From sequence record PZ445439.1: 64,000 bases of DNA. One strand, 5' to 3'. The translations under genes were made by a program, and so were the position numbers. The DNA comes from a phage. The notes under the pieces were generated by a model. The model worked only from the letters and a program-made list of their open reading frames with translations, had not been told where the DNA came from and ran no database searches. Shown one piece after another: positions 40,396 to 50,334 of the stretch (position 1 is the first letter of the stretch; every line of letters starts with the position of its first letter).

Positions 40396-42078
40396 TTAAA
40401 CCATTACAGTAAATCGACCAACTTTCTTCATTTGAAGATGCTGACCATATTCTTGTGGGTCATGGTCTTTATGCGAAATTATAAAAACATTAGTATTTTT
40501 CATTGAATTTATAATATTCGCTACACCTTTAATACCTTCGGCATCAAATGACCCATCAAACACTTCATCGAGTATTAATGTACTAATACTAACACCAGAT
40601 ACAATAGAAGCAATATCACGCCAAGTAAATAAAAGAGCAATATCAATTCTTGCCTTTTCACCTTCACTAAATGAAGCATAACTAAAATCTTCACGACCAC
40701 GGGATTTAATTGTCTCATTAAATTCTTCATCTAATGTAAACACATAATCCGCTTCCATTATTTTAAGATAATGGTTAATCTGCTTATTAAATAATGGAAT
40801 GTACTTTTTAATAATAGCACCTTTAATACCAGAATCTTTGAGCATATCAGTCAAAATTCCTCGGTGGTATTTTTCCATTACTAAATTAGTTTTTGTCTTA
40901 ACAATTTTATCAAGTTCTTCTTGAAGCAGTGCTATTTCATCAGCATGGTCAATAAACTCAGAAGATGCTTTTTCTATAGCCGCTTTAACCTTTTTAGCTT
41001 TATCTACTGTCGTGATTAGAGATTGCTTTTTATTGCGAATATCATTTGCCAACGACTGTTGGGTTTTAATATTATCTCGGTATTCATCAACAAGAACTTT
41101 TAAATTATCACGATGTGTTGAAAGCTGTTCAAACGAATGCGTACATTCAGAAACTTTATCTTTAATTTTAGAAACAACTTTATCACCGGAACTCAATTGC
41201 GACAAACAGGTTGGACATAATCCACCTTCGTGATACATATTAATGACTTTATTATATGAGTCAATTTTTGATTTAATTAAAACTGCTTCTTGACCGATTT
41301 TATTAAATGCATCAGTCGGGTCTTCATCCAAAACAATATTAACTAATCTTTCATTAGCTTCTTCTATTTCCGATTTTAGCGTTCTAGCTTCTTTTGCCAA
41401 ATCATCGTACATATTTTGCAGACGAGTAAGGTTGTCACCCGTTAATTTTTTCTGGCGTTCAACGTTATCATTATATATTTTAATTTGTTGGATAATACTA
41501 TCTTTTTTAACATCAAGCACTTGGTTTTGTGAATTTAATTCACGTATTAGTGCTTTATTAAGCTTATCCATTTCAGCTAATGTTCCTACCTCAAGCAGGT
41601 CTTCCACAAGCTTTCTTCGTGCAGGGGTCGACAAACCCATGAAAGGGGTATACCCTGCTGTACCAAGGACAACAATCTGCTTGAAACTGGCATATGACAT
41701 TCCGATAAGCTGTTCAAATTCTGCTTGGAAATCTTTACTGCTGGCAGATTCATTAAGACGTGTACCGTTAACGGTGATTTCGAAAACGTTTGGTTTTTGT
41801 CCTCTTTTGATATAGTACTTTTTCTCATCATATTCCATCCACAGTTCAACTAAAAGTTCTTTCTTATTTGTGCTGTTTATTAATTGACCTTTCTTTACAT
41901 CACGGAATGGCTTGCCAAAAAGCCCAAATGTGATGGCTTCTAACATAGTAGACTTACCACCGCCATTTCGTCCAGTAATAAGAGTTTTTTGAACCTTATC
42001 TAATTGAATGTCAATAGGATTTCCACCTACTGACATTATATTTTGATACCTAACTCGGTTTAGTTTAAAATTCTTCAC
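40396..42078 (-). CDS. 46: recombination endonuclease subunit gp46 (Rad50/SbcC-like ATPase)
   Basis: 560 aa as in T4; Walker A GRNGGGKST, long coiled coil with CPTC zinc hook, signature/Walker B at C-terminus. Confidence 0.9.
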   Translation of the reverse strand: MKNFKLNRVRYQNIMSVGGNPIDIQLDKVQKTLITGRNGGGKSTMLEAITFGLFGKPFRDVKKGQLINSTNKKELLVELWMEYDEKKYYIKRGQKPNVFEITVNGTRLNESASSKDFQAEFEQLIGMSYASFKQIVVLGTAGYTPFMGLSTPARRKLVEDLLEVGTLAEMDKLNKALIRELNSQNQVLDVKKDSIIQQIKIYNDNVERQKKLTGDNLTRLQNMYDDLAKEARTLKSEIEEANERLVNIVLDEDPTDAFNKIGQEAVLIKSKIDSYNKVINMYHEGGLCPTCLSQLSSGDKVVSKIKDKVSECTHSFEQLSTHRDNLKVLVDEYRDNIKTQQSLANDIRNKKQSLITTVDKAKKVKAAIEKASSEFIDHADEIALLQEELDKIVKTKTNLVMEKYHRGILTDMLKDSGIKGAIIKKYIPLFNKQINHYLKIMEADYVFTLDEEFNETIKSRGREDFSYASFSEGEKARIDIALLFTWRDIASIVSGVSISTLILDEVFDGSFDAEGIKGVANIINSMKNTNVFIISHKDHDPQEYGQHLQMKKVGRFTVMV

Positions 42079-42521
42079 AAAAGATTCCTTTTAATGTATC
42101 TTTTAGACCATTCTATCATATCATCATAATCTAAAAAGTATTCATCAAATTCAGCCATGCAAACAACACCTTGTGCTGCTTTTGATGTGATATAAATTAT
42201 TCCAACATATCTAGAATCTTCTTCGGTATAATCAATATTTGCTATGAATTCATCATTAATGTCAAATGTCGAAAACTTCACAGTATGCATCCTTAATACA
42301 AGATACGGCCATATCTCGCAATGATTTAGGTGTGTCATTATCTAAAATGTTGAAGTTAAAAGATACAGCCCAATCTGTACAGACCGTGACCTTTTTAATA
42401 CAATTATCTTCAACCTCTAGCGGTTCAAACCAATATTCAATAATTTCTTTATGACCAATATCATCTTTTACTTCGCATTCAAAATGCTGACTCATCATAA
42501 CATTTTTAAATTCATCAAAAG

Positions 42522-43541
42522 TCATTGTGTTGCCTCTACATATAGCTGATTTGCATATTGAATAAGTGCTTCACGGTCAGAATCAGTGATGTCTGGAATT
42601 GCATTAATGTATTCTTCCATCAACGTCTGAAGCGATTGAACTTCAACTTCTTCACTGTCATCTGACTCGACAGAGTTATCAATTTTTGACACAACTCGTA
42701 ATGAATGCACAACTTTTTCTAGTTCAGATTCGAACTTCGTCAGATTTTTGTCTACCTCAGTTACTATAACACGTACTGATAGATTTGTAAAATCTTTATA
42801 GTCAATTTTTCCTTTAAATGGATAATGAATTCTACGATGCCAGGTAGTATTGTTTGGAATAAATTCCATTCGTTCTGTTTCTGTATCAAACATCCAGAAC
42901 CCACGAGGGTCATTCTCGTCACCTGCAGTTAGTGTCCATGGTGTCCCAATATATCTGACGTTAGCAGCCTCAGAGATAGTATGGAAGTGACCAGACCACA
43001 CTTCTTTATAAGTCTTAAGGAAATCAGGTTCAAGACCGTGAGATTTCATTCCTTTATAAAAATAAAATCCATTCAGTTCCCAGTGACCAACACAAAAAGA
43101 AGCAGATGAAGTTTTGATGTGCTCAAGAATTTCACCAGTATTTTCTTCACACATCCAAGGAATCAAATCAATCAAACACCCGTCAAAATCTACCGTAGTA
43201 GGCTTATCATATACTTTAACATTAGGATATTTAGCCAAAAGCTCAGTAGAAGCATTTGGATGCATTACATTTTTGTAGTGGAGATCGTGATTTCCTACAA
43301 TAGTATGTAATGTGATTCCAGCATCATCAAGCATTTGAACTATTTCACGGGCAAACTCCATAGTTTTATGTGTGATTGCTTTTCGCACATCAAAAATATC
43401 ACCATATTGAATCCATACAGTAATTCCATTTTTCTTAGAATATTCTATCGCTTGCTTAATTCCATCAATTTGAATACCGCGAATCCACTCATCATCAGCT
43501 TTAACGCCTAAATGCCAATCACCCAAGTTTAGTATTTTCAT
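42522..43541 (-). CDS. 47: recombination endonuclease subunit gp47 (Mre11/SbcD-like)
   Basis: 339 aa as in T4; calcineurin-like phosphoesterase motifs (GDWH, GDIFD, GNHD, GHWE). Confidence 0.9.
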   Translation of the reverse strand: MKILNLGDWHLGVKADDEWIRGIQIDGIKQAIEYSKKNGITVWIQYGDIFDVRKAITHKTMEFAREIVQMLDDAGITLHTIVGNHDLHYKNVMHPNASTELLAKYPNVKVYDKPTTVDFDGCLIDLIPWMCEENTGEILEHIKTSSASFCVGHWELNGFYFYKGMKSHGLEPDFLKTYKEVWSGHFHTISEAANVRYIGTPWTLTAGDENDPRGFWMFDTETERMEFIPNNTTWHRRIHYPFKGKIDYKDFTNLSVRVIVTEVDKNLTKFESELEKVVHSLRVVSKIDNSVESDDSEEVEVQSLQTLMEEYINAIPDITDSDREALIQYANQLYVEATQ

Positions 43542-44142
43542 GGTGTCTTTTCCATCCTAATTTAGCTGCTTTTGAAACCAGTTCTTTAATTTTTCCTTTT
43601 GTCCATTCAGGACCAGGAGGTTCATGACATAACATTTGCTTAACTCCGTTATTATACCATTTTTTACCTTTATTATGTGATGAAGCTTTAAATTTATTTG
43701 ACCTTCCTTTTACATAACCTTCTGGAATATAAGGCAAAAAGGCAGATTTTCCTGTTAATGGATCATGTGAATGTATATTTCCTTTACAATTATGAGAACC
43801 ATATAATGGATGATTTTGTCCTTTATTATCTCTTCCAAATGAACCTTTTGGAGCAGCATATGACATATTAAAGAATAATGGATTTTTAACTGCATCATGC
43901 AATCGTTGATAATATAACTCGCATTTAATAGCTTCTTCACGCGTATCAAATTCAGCTAAAATGCATGAATCAAATAAGTGAGGATTATCTGAAAGCTCTT
44001 TATTATAAATTTTCTTATACTTTTTAGATAAAACTGAACCATGATATCCAGCTAAATGCCTATCTAAAGACGTAGATCCAATATAAAAAGGAGGAAGTTT
44101 ATCTCCACTATATATTGTTAAATAAGTTATATATTTTTTCAT
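43519..44142 (-). CDS. GIY-YIG-like homing endonuclease (putative)
   Basis: 207 aa; YITYLTIYSG...PPFYIGSTS, conserved R/H and E (REEAIKCELYYQ), C-terminal GKKWYNNG-type basic motifs common in phage homing endonucleases. Confidence 0.45.
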   Translation of the reverse strand: MKKYITYLTIYSGDKLPPFYIGSTSLDRHLAGYHGSVLSKKYKKIYNKELSDNPHLFDSCILAEFDTREEAIKCELYYQRLHDAVKNPLFFNMSYAAPKGSFGRDNKGQNHPLYGSHNCKGNIHSHDPLTGKSAFLPYIPEGYVKGRSNKFKASSHNKGKKWYNNGVKQMLCHEPPGPEWTKGKIKELVSKAAKLGWKRHHENTKLG

Positions 44143-44305
44143 ATATCAAGAACCGTCATTGAAATGCAAAATAAAATTATTGAAATAAACCCATCTGGTG
44201 TGCTAAAGAACCCAATCCAACATGCTTTAGTGAATAGATAAAATGCAAGAAAAAGTATCACATATTCAAGAAATATCATTATATCAAACTCCGTATAAAG
44301 CTAAA

Positions 44306-44317
44306 GGGCCGAAGCCC
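44306..44317 (-). terminator. UUCG-tetraloop hairpin downstream of a-gt
   Basis: GGGC-UUCG-GCCC immediately after stop, U-rich flank. Confidence 0.5.
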
Positions 44318-44318
44318 T

Positions 44319-45521
44319 TTATTTTGTAATAATGTCAAACTGTTCTTTAAAGCAGAAGCTTGAATCTTGATGCTGATACAAAAATTCATAAGCTTTTTCG
44401 CGTTCGCGGTCATAAAGAGTTCGGTCAGATGACAGTTCTTTAATACGTTCAAATGTTGATTCCATGTCATTTTCATCAAACCAAATGATACCGCTATCAT
44501 GCGAGGTCAAAGGAGTATTATCAACACGGAATTTTAAATTTTCGCCAGTAGATTTCCAAAATACCGGAATTGTTCCACATGCACCAAGCTCGAGATGAGT
44601 ATATTCTAAAGAACGTTGTAGATATTTTTTATCCAACTTACTCAACTGATAACCAAAACCGGATTTACTCATACGTTCAAGCATTTCGCTATTTACATAA
44701 CGGTCAAGAATTTGCGTTGGCAAATTAGGAGCAATTTTAATTTGGTCTACTTGATGAAGACGATAATACTCGTATGGAATTCCTTTTTCTTTAATAGGAA
44801 TGAACGCTGGAGAACGTTCCAGACCTTCCATAATAGTACTTAGTCCTGCAGGTTTAAGATGTTTTTCATGAAAATCAAACATCTGATAAAAACCTTTCCA
44901 TGTAGTCGTACGACCAATCCAACGGTTGATATTCATGTTAATTTCAGAAACATCTTTCCAGTAGGTTGACCGAACCTTCGCAATATCCATAGGAGGCTGA
45001 AAGTTATATACTGTCGGTGCTTCTTCAATATCATCAAACAGAGAAACTGTTTCAGGATACCATTCTTTCATCAGAACTTTATTAAAATCACCATTATCAG
45101 AATGGCTAAAAATAACATCAGCTCGACGAACAGTTTCTTCTAATCCCAAATTTCGGCGCAAAGAAAGAGAAGAATGGTCATGTTGATAAACTACAACACG
45201 AACAGAAGGTTTAATGTTATCAATAATTTTTTTATAGTTATTAATAGTGTCTTCTTCAACCGAAGTAGCAGGAACTGAATTGATAATTAGAATATCACAA
45301 TCATTTACCAGCTTAAGTGTTTTATCATATTCTTTTGCCAATAAAACCGGAATTGAAAATGATTTATAATCATGCGCGCAATTACGAGTAAATGATTTAT
45401 CTTTAGCATAAACCAAAGTTACTTCATGACCATTTTTAATAAACCAATCACGTTGCTCGAGTGAGAATTTTGTTACACCACAACCTTCAAGACCTCGAGC
45501 CATAAAAATACATACTTTCAT
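44319..45521 (-). CDS. a-gt: alpha-glucosyltransferase (hmC DNA alpha-glucosylation)
   Basis: 400 aa; MKVCIFMARGLEGCGVTKFSLEQRDWFIKNGHEV... closely matches recalled T4 a-gt; MotA-box promoter upstream, UUCG hairpin after stop. Confidence 0.9.
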   Translation of the reverse strand: MKVCIFMARGLEGCGVTKFSLEQRDWFIKNGHEVTLVYAKDKSFTRNCAHDYKSFSIPVLLAKEYDKTLKLVNDCDILIINSVPATSVEEDTINNYKKIIDNIKPSVRVVVYQHDHSSLSLRRNLGLEETVRRADVIFSHSDNGDFNKVLMKEWYPETVSLFDDIEEAPTVYNFQPPMDIAKVRSTYWKDVSEINMNINRWIGRTTTWKGFYQMFDFHEKHLKPAGLSTIMEGLERSPAFIPIKEKGIPYEYYRLHQVDQIKIAPNLPTQILDRYVNSEMLERMSKSGFGYQLSKLDKKYLQRSLEYTHLELGACGTIPVFWKSTGENLKFRVDNTPLTSHDSGIIWFDENDMESTFERIKELSSDRTLYDREREKAYEFLYQHQDSSFCFKEQFDIITK

Positions 45522-45522
45522 T

Positions 45523-45560
45523 TAATATCCTCTTTGTTTTGGTTTATTTTACCAAAAATT
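45523..45560 (-). promoter_or_regulatory. MotA-dependent middle promoter for a-gt
   Basis: minus strand GCTTTA, 11 nt, TAAAAT, then SD AAGAGGA. Confidence 0.45.
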
Positions 45561-46457
45561 TATAAAGCAATATAGGAGCCGAAGCTCCTATCCACATAAT
45601 ACGCCATACAGAGGCTCATTAGAACTTTTAAATTTTATGCGCTTATATTTTATAGTTCCTTCTGCTTTAGCTTTATCATGAGACTCTTTAAAGCGTCTCA
45701 TCATTTCCTCTTTAGAGGAACGAATTTTATTATAATCTATTTCAGAAGTCTGGGTGTTCATCTTTCATAACTGCCACCATTTTTTGACTTGATAAGAATC
45801 AACCCACACTTTCATATTAGGGTCTGCTCTTACAATAGGAGGATTAACTTCTTTAATTGAACTATCATGGTATTCTTTTTCAGAAATTTTCACACAAAGA
45901 TGACCATTCAAAGATTCAGTAAATCCTGCATTAATTTTAAGACGCTTGAATTTTACGTGTGTAAGCATCAATCATATCCTCAATTTGCGATCTAGTAGTC
46001 TTCCAAAGAATACTGATGAGTTCATCGTTATATGGCTGTTTTAGAATATCCCGACTTTTCTTGATAGCATATTCGTATTGAGCAAAATTATTATTTTCAG
46101 CTGCAATCTGAGCGTGCTTATAAAGACGATTCAGTTCGCGTTTGTTTTTAGACAATAACTTATTTGCTTTTCTTTCTGCTTCAAGACGGTTCTTTTCTTC
46201 AATAGAAGAAATAAGCTTTTCCACTTCATCATTAATTTCGGGTTTATCAGTCATATTATTTCTCTAATATAAAATAAAAATCATCATCTGTTAAATGATA
46301 CCGATAGTTTAATTCTACACCATTAGATTTAAAAGCGGTATCATACGGATTTTCTGGATCAATATCAATGTCAAGAGCTAAAACTTCCCTGAGATACATT
46401 TTAAGTAAATAGGGAATAGCTTCAACTTCAGGTATTTCTTCCAAGAATCCGGAGAGG

Positions 46458-47015
46458 TTAATCGTTAGCCTCATATAAAAAATCCAAACTAGGAGAATCG
46501 TCTACAACACTTTTCTTTTCAGCCCCCGGTGTTCTATAGGTTGATTCTTCGTAATGCGTCATTTTATCGTAGATGTCTTGAATAAAAGTTTCATCTACTA
46601 ACGCAACCATATCGTCGTCACGACTGTCATAGACATTGTGAACGAAGTAACTATATTTCTTTGCAACTTCCTTACGTTCTTTTTTAATACGTTGGACGAA
46701 TGCATTAAAACAAGCTTGAGTTATATACGCATGTGGGTTTTTATATTTCGTTTCATCAAAATTGTGAAGCCCCTTAATAGAAGCTTCTATACCATCTGCA
46801 ATCATTTCTTGTTTCCAAGACTGGGTGTATCCTGAAAAGTTGAAACGTTTAGATAAGCCTTCTGCAATAAGCATAATGGCTAATCCGATAGTATCATTCT
46901 GACGAACTACTTTATTTGGGTCTTTATTATTTGCTAATTCTGTTTTCCAATCAATAATAGCTTGTAAAAGCTCTTTATTGTTTACGTAATTATATTTAGG
47001 CTTAGTTTCTGACAT
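46458..47015 (-). CDS. 55: late sigma factor gp55
   Basis: start [17 protein letters not shown] gives 185 aa as in T4 gp55. Confidence 0.85.
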
Positions 47016-48923
47016 TTTCACCTCTTAGCTCAATTCATAGATCTATTATATCATAATATTTGAAGATCTATCTTAAAGCATAGAGAATATCAGTTATCTA
47101 AGTAAACAGTATGCTTGGAATACTTTCTCCATCATCTTTTTAAATTCATGAATATCTATATAATGACTAGTTAGATCAGCATGATATAAAAAGTCTAAAA
47201 ACTTTTCATGTGTACTAACATATTCACTTTCATTTAATTCAGAAACATGGCTTTCCCAATATCCAACACCAGTCTTATTTGGGAAAAATGAAATTTTCAT
47301 GTATTGGTCAACATAGAAAATGCCATAATTTTCAATAGTAATAGAAATATTAATAAATTTCATACATTCATCAACTTAGCCGCTTCAAGAGCTGCATCTA
47401 GTGAATCAAATTGGTCAACGTATTCAATCAATTCGCCATAATTGGCATATAACCACCATTGGCTAAATTCATACTCAAGGATGAATCCGTTTCCTTCAAT
47501 TTGAGTTAAACCAATGCCATTTGTATTTACTTCATATCCAGCAAGACGCAAATCGTTAATAAGAGCTTCGTTCATAATTATACCTTAGTAATTTTCAGGT
47601 CTGCAAATTTTTTCTTGCGTTGATTTTTCATGCGACGAATAGTTTTATCGGAAATTTCATGCTTTTGATAAGCTTTAGATTCTACACCAAAAGCTTTAAC
47701 ATCAAATTCTGACAAGATATATTGAACCAACAATTCACGGACAGTATTGCGTCCAATCTTCTGATCATTCTGTTTCATCGTCTGATGAAGCTCTTTTTCC
47801 CATTTATCCAAAATTTGAGGAGTTACAATATCGCCTTTTTCTAGCAAAGAAACTACTTTATCATATGCGTAAGAATTGATGGCGTTTTTAATTTGAATAG
47901 TCATACATTATCCTCAATTGCGTTAAAATTTTATTATCCAAAAAGGGCCGAAGCCCTTAGCTAAACTTTTTGGCACCCTTCCAGCCTTCATACATCATTG
48001 CGGCTGATATTAATATTGCTCCTGAGCAACTTGAATATTTGTGATTCCAAAACCAGTTTAGAAAAACTTCGTCATCAATACCTTGTGCTATCATATTTTC
48101 AAAGAACTGACGACGAGCTTCGGCAATTCGCTGCGATAATTTAGATTCAGGATTCATTTAAATTTTCCAATTACCGTTTTCATCAATGAATTTAATCCAG
48201 TCATTTACTGACCACTTAGTTGTATCGCCTTTTGGAGTAACATTTAAAGTATATAGCCCTTGCTTAAAAAGCATTCGTTTGATATTCATATTTTCCTCAG
48301 ATGTAACGATAACACTCGTTTGATTTACGTTTAGCAACTCGTTGAGAAGTATTATAATCAAAATCATCGTCAATGTAAACTGATTTTTTCAACTTTCTTA
48401 CTTCACCACGTAATTGGCGATTTAGCTCATCTTTAACTTCTGAATCAATACCTTTCATTCTACGCCATTTATCTGAGCGAAAAATGTTTTCAACCATATC
48501 TTTATGACTTACCCCATCAGGAGCTTTACGCTTTCCGAAATAGTCATAATCACGAACTTTCAAGTCTTTACGACGATACGTTTTACCCATGGAGTTTAAT
48601 TTCCTTAGCAACTGAACTAAATGCAGCACGATCGCAAATCATGCGTTTATGTAACTTGAGTATAATATAGCAAACTTCAAAACTATTTACATGAGTAACA
48701 CGAACAGCATTACCATTAATGAGATAATACTGTCCCTTTTTAATTTCTTTATCAACCATAACCATATCAATTCCTCAAAGGTAATTCATATGTTAATAAT
48801 ACCACGGTTTGAACTTGTTGTAAACAACTTTGTGAAAAATATTTCAGGGAATGATAAGAAAGGAACGATAGCTTAGAATGGTAATATACAGAATGTAAGA
48901 AAGAAAGGCCCAGAGGGCCCATC

Positions 48924-49247
48924 TTAGTCTTCTATGATATCTCTATCATATCCAAGTGAAATGAGAGTTTCTTTGAAGTGTTTAATGTTCTTTTGCCTAG
49001 AATCATTAATGAAAATGACCGGATACCGAATATTAAGAGATGTGAATCCGGCGCGTTTGGCAAGAGATACAATCAGTGGACGATCATACTCAATCTTACC
49101 ATTATTAGTAAGAACTTTATAGAAAGTAAAAGGAGCATTGAGCTCCTTTAGAAGTTTTGTAACTGATTGACATCCAGGACAACGACCTACTTCATCTGGA
49201 ATTCCATAGACTTCAATCTTATTCTTTAAGTTCGAGTTTTGTTCCAC
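48924..49247 (-). CDS. nrdH: glutaredoxin-like NrdH-type redoxin (start uncertain, possibly GTG)
   Basis: KIEVYGIPDEVGRCPGCQ redox motif; no in-frame ATG just before the domain, GTG with AAGGAA SD at about 49247; the ORF-track N-terminal extension overlaps the upstream gene. Confidence 0.5.
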   Translation of the reverse strand: MEQNSNLKNKIEVYGIPDEVGRCPGCQSVTKLLKELNAPFTFYKVLTNNGKIEYDRPLIVSLAKRAGFTSLNIRYPVIFINDSRQKNIKHFKETLISLGYDRDIIED

Positions 49248-49863
49248 GAGAAATAATTCCTTGGTAAGCCCAATAAGGAGGATTAACAGAATCCTCACCA
49301 GAGTTTTCTTCAGGAAAATAAACCTGGATAACGAAGCCGGATTCATCAAAGGTAAAATAAACCGTAGGCAGTTCACCTAACAAATCGGCACGAGCGTTGA
49401 TTTCTTCGAGGTCTTGTTCACGTCCAGCCCAGAAGCTTGGGTTCAGACTACATTCATAGAAATAATAGTCATTACCGAACATATCAAAACCATTCCAACT
49501 CTCTACTACATACCGCTCAAAACTAATCATAATTAATCCTTTTTATCAAGAACCGCATTCAGCTTGTTAGTAATTTTATCCAGACGCTCATTGAACTCAC
49601 TAGAAGATAAGCCCTTTTCCGGAGAAATTAAACTAATCACGAAAAATACAACAATAAAAGGAATAAGAAAAATAGCTCCAACTGCCATAAACAGAAAGAA
49701 CGTTACAGTTGTAAGAAAATCAGCTAAACCTTTACGAAATTTATACATATTTTACCCTTAATTGATTAACCAAGCATTGATAAGCACTAAACTATATTGC
49801 GAATAAAATTCTGGACCAAAATGAAAAATCATATCATTTATAGTATCCATAATGCAATTCAAT

Positions 49864-50334
49864 TTAATCATGTTTCCACACCCCATCGGTATTTGACCAA
49901 AGTCGCTGATTATCTGATCCTCGCCACAGCTTTTTAGTCGGAAGATTTTTCTCATACTTCCCATCAATAATAACATCAACATATTTAAGCATTTCTAGTT
50001 GTTTAATATCTTCAAACTTATATCCTGTCCACAACCAAATGCTTTTATTGGGATAAAGATTTTTTACTGTTTGAACAATGCAATGAATAACATCTCGGTT
50101 ATCAGGATAGAGAGGGTCTCCTCCAGTTATAGTCAATCCTTCTATATAATCATTATTCAAACATTCAATTAATTGTTCTAGCGTTTCACCGGTGAATGGA
50201 ATACCATTTCTAGCATTCCATGTTGATTTATTATAACACCCTTCACATTTATGCAAACATCCAGTAACAAAAAGAACGGTCCTGCACCCAGGACCATTAA
50301 CAAAATCACAAGGATAAATTCTATCGTAATTCAT
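49864..50334 (-). CDS. nrdG: anaerobic ribonucleotide reductase activating protein NrdG (radical SAM)
   Basis: 156 aa; CxxxCxxC-like cysteine cluster (GCLHKCEGC) of glycyl-radical activases. Confidence 0.85.
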   Translation of the reverse strand: MNYDRIYPCDFVNGPGCRTVLFVTGCLHKCEGCYNKSTWNARNGIPFTGETLEQLIECLNNDYIEGLTITGGDPLYPDNRDVIHCIVQTVKNLYPNKSIWLWTGYKFEDIKQLEMLKYVDVIIDGKYEKNLPTKKLWRGSDNQRLWSNTDGVWKHD

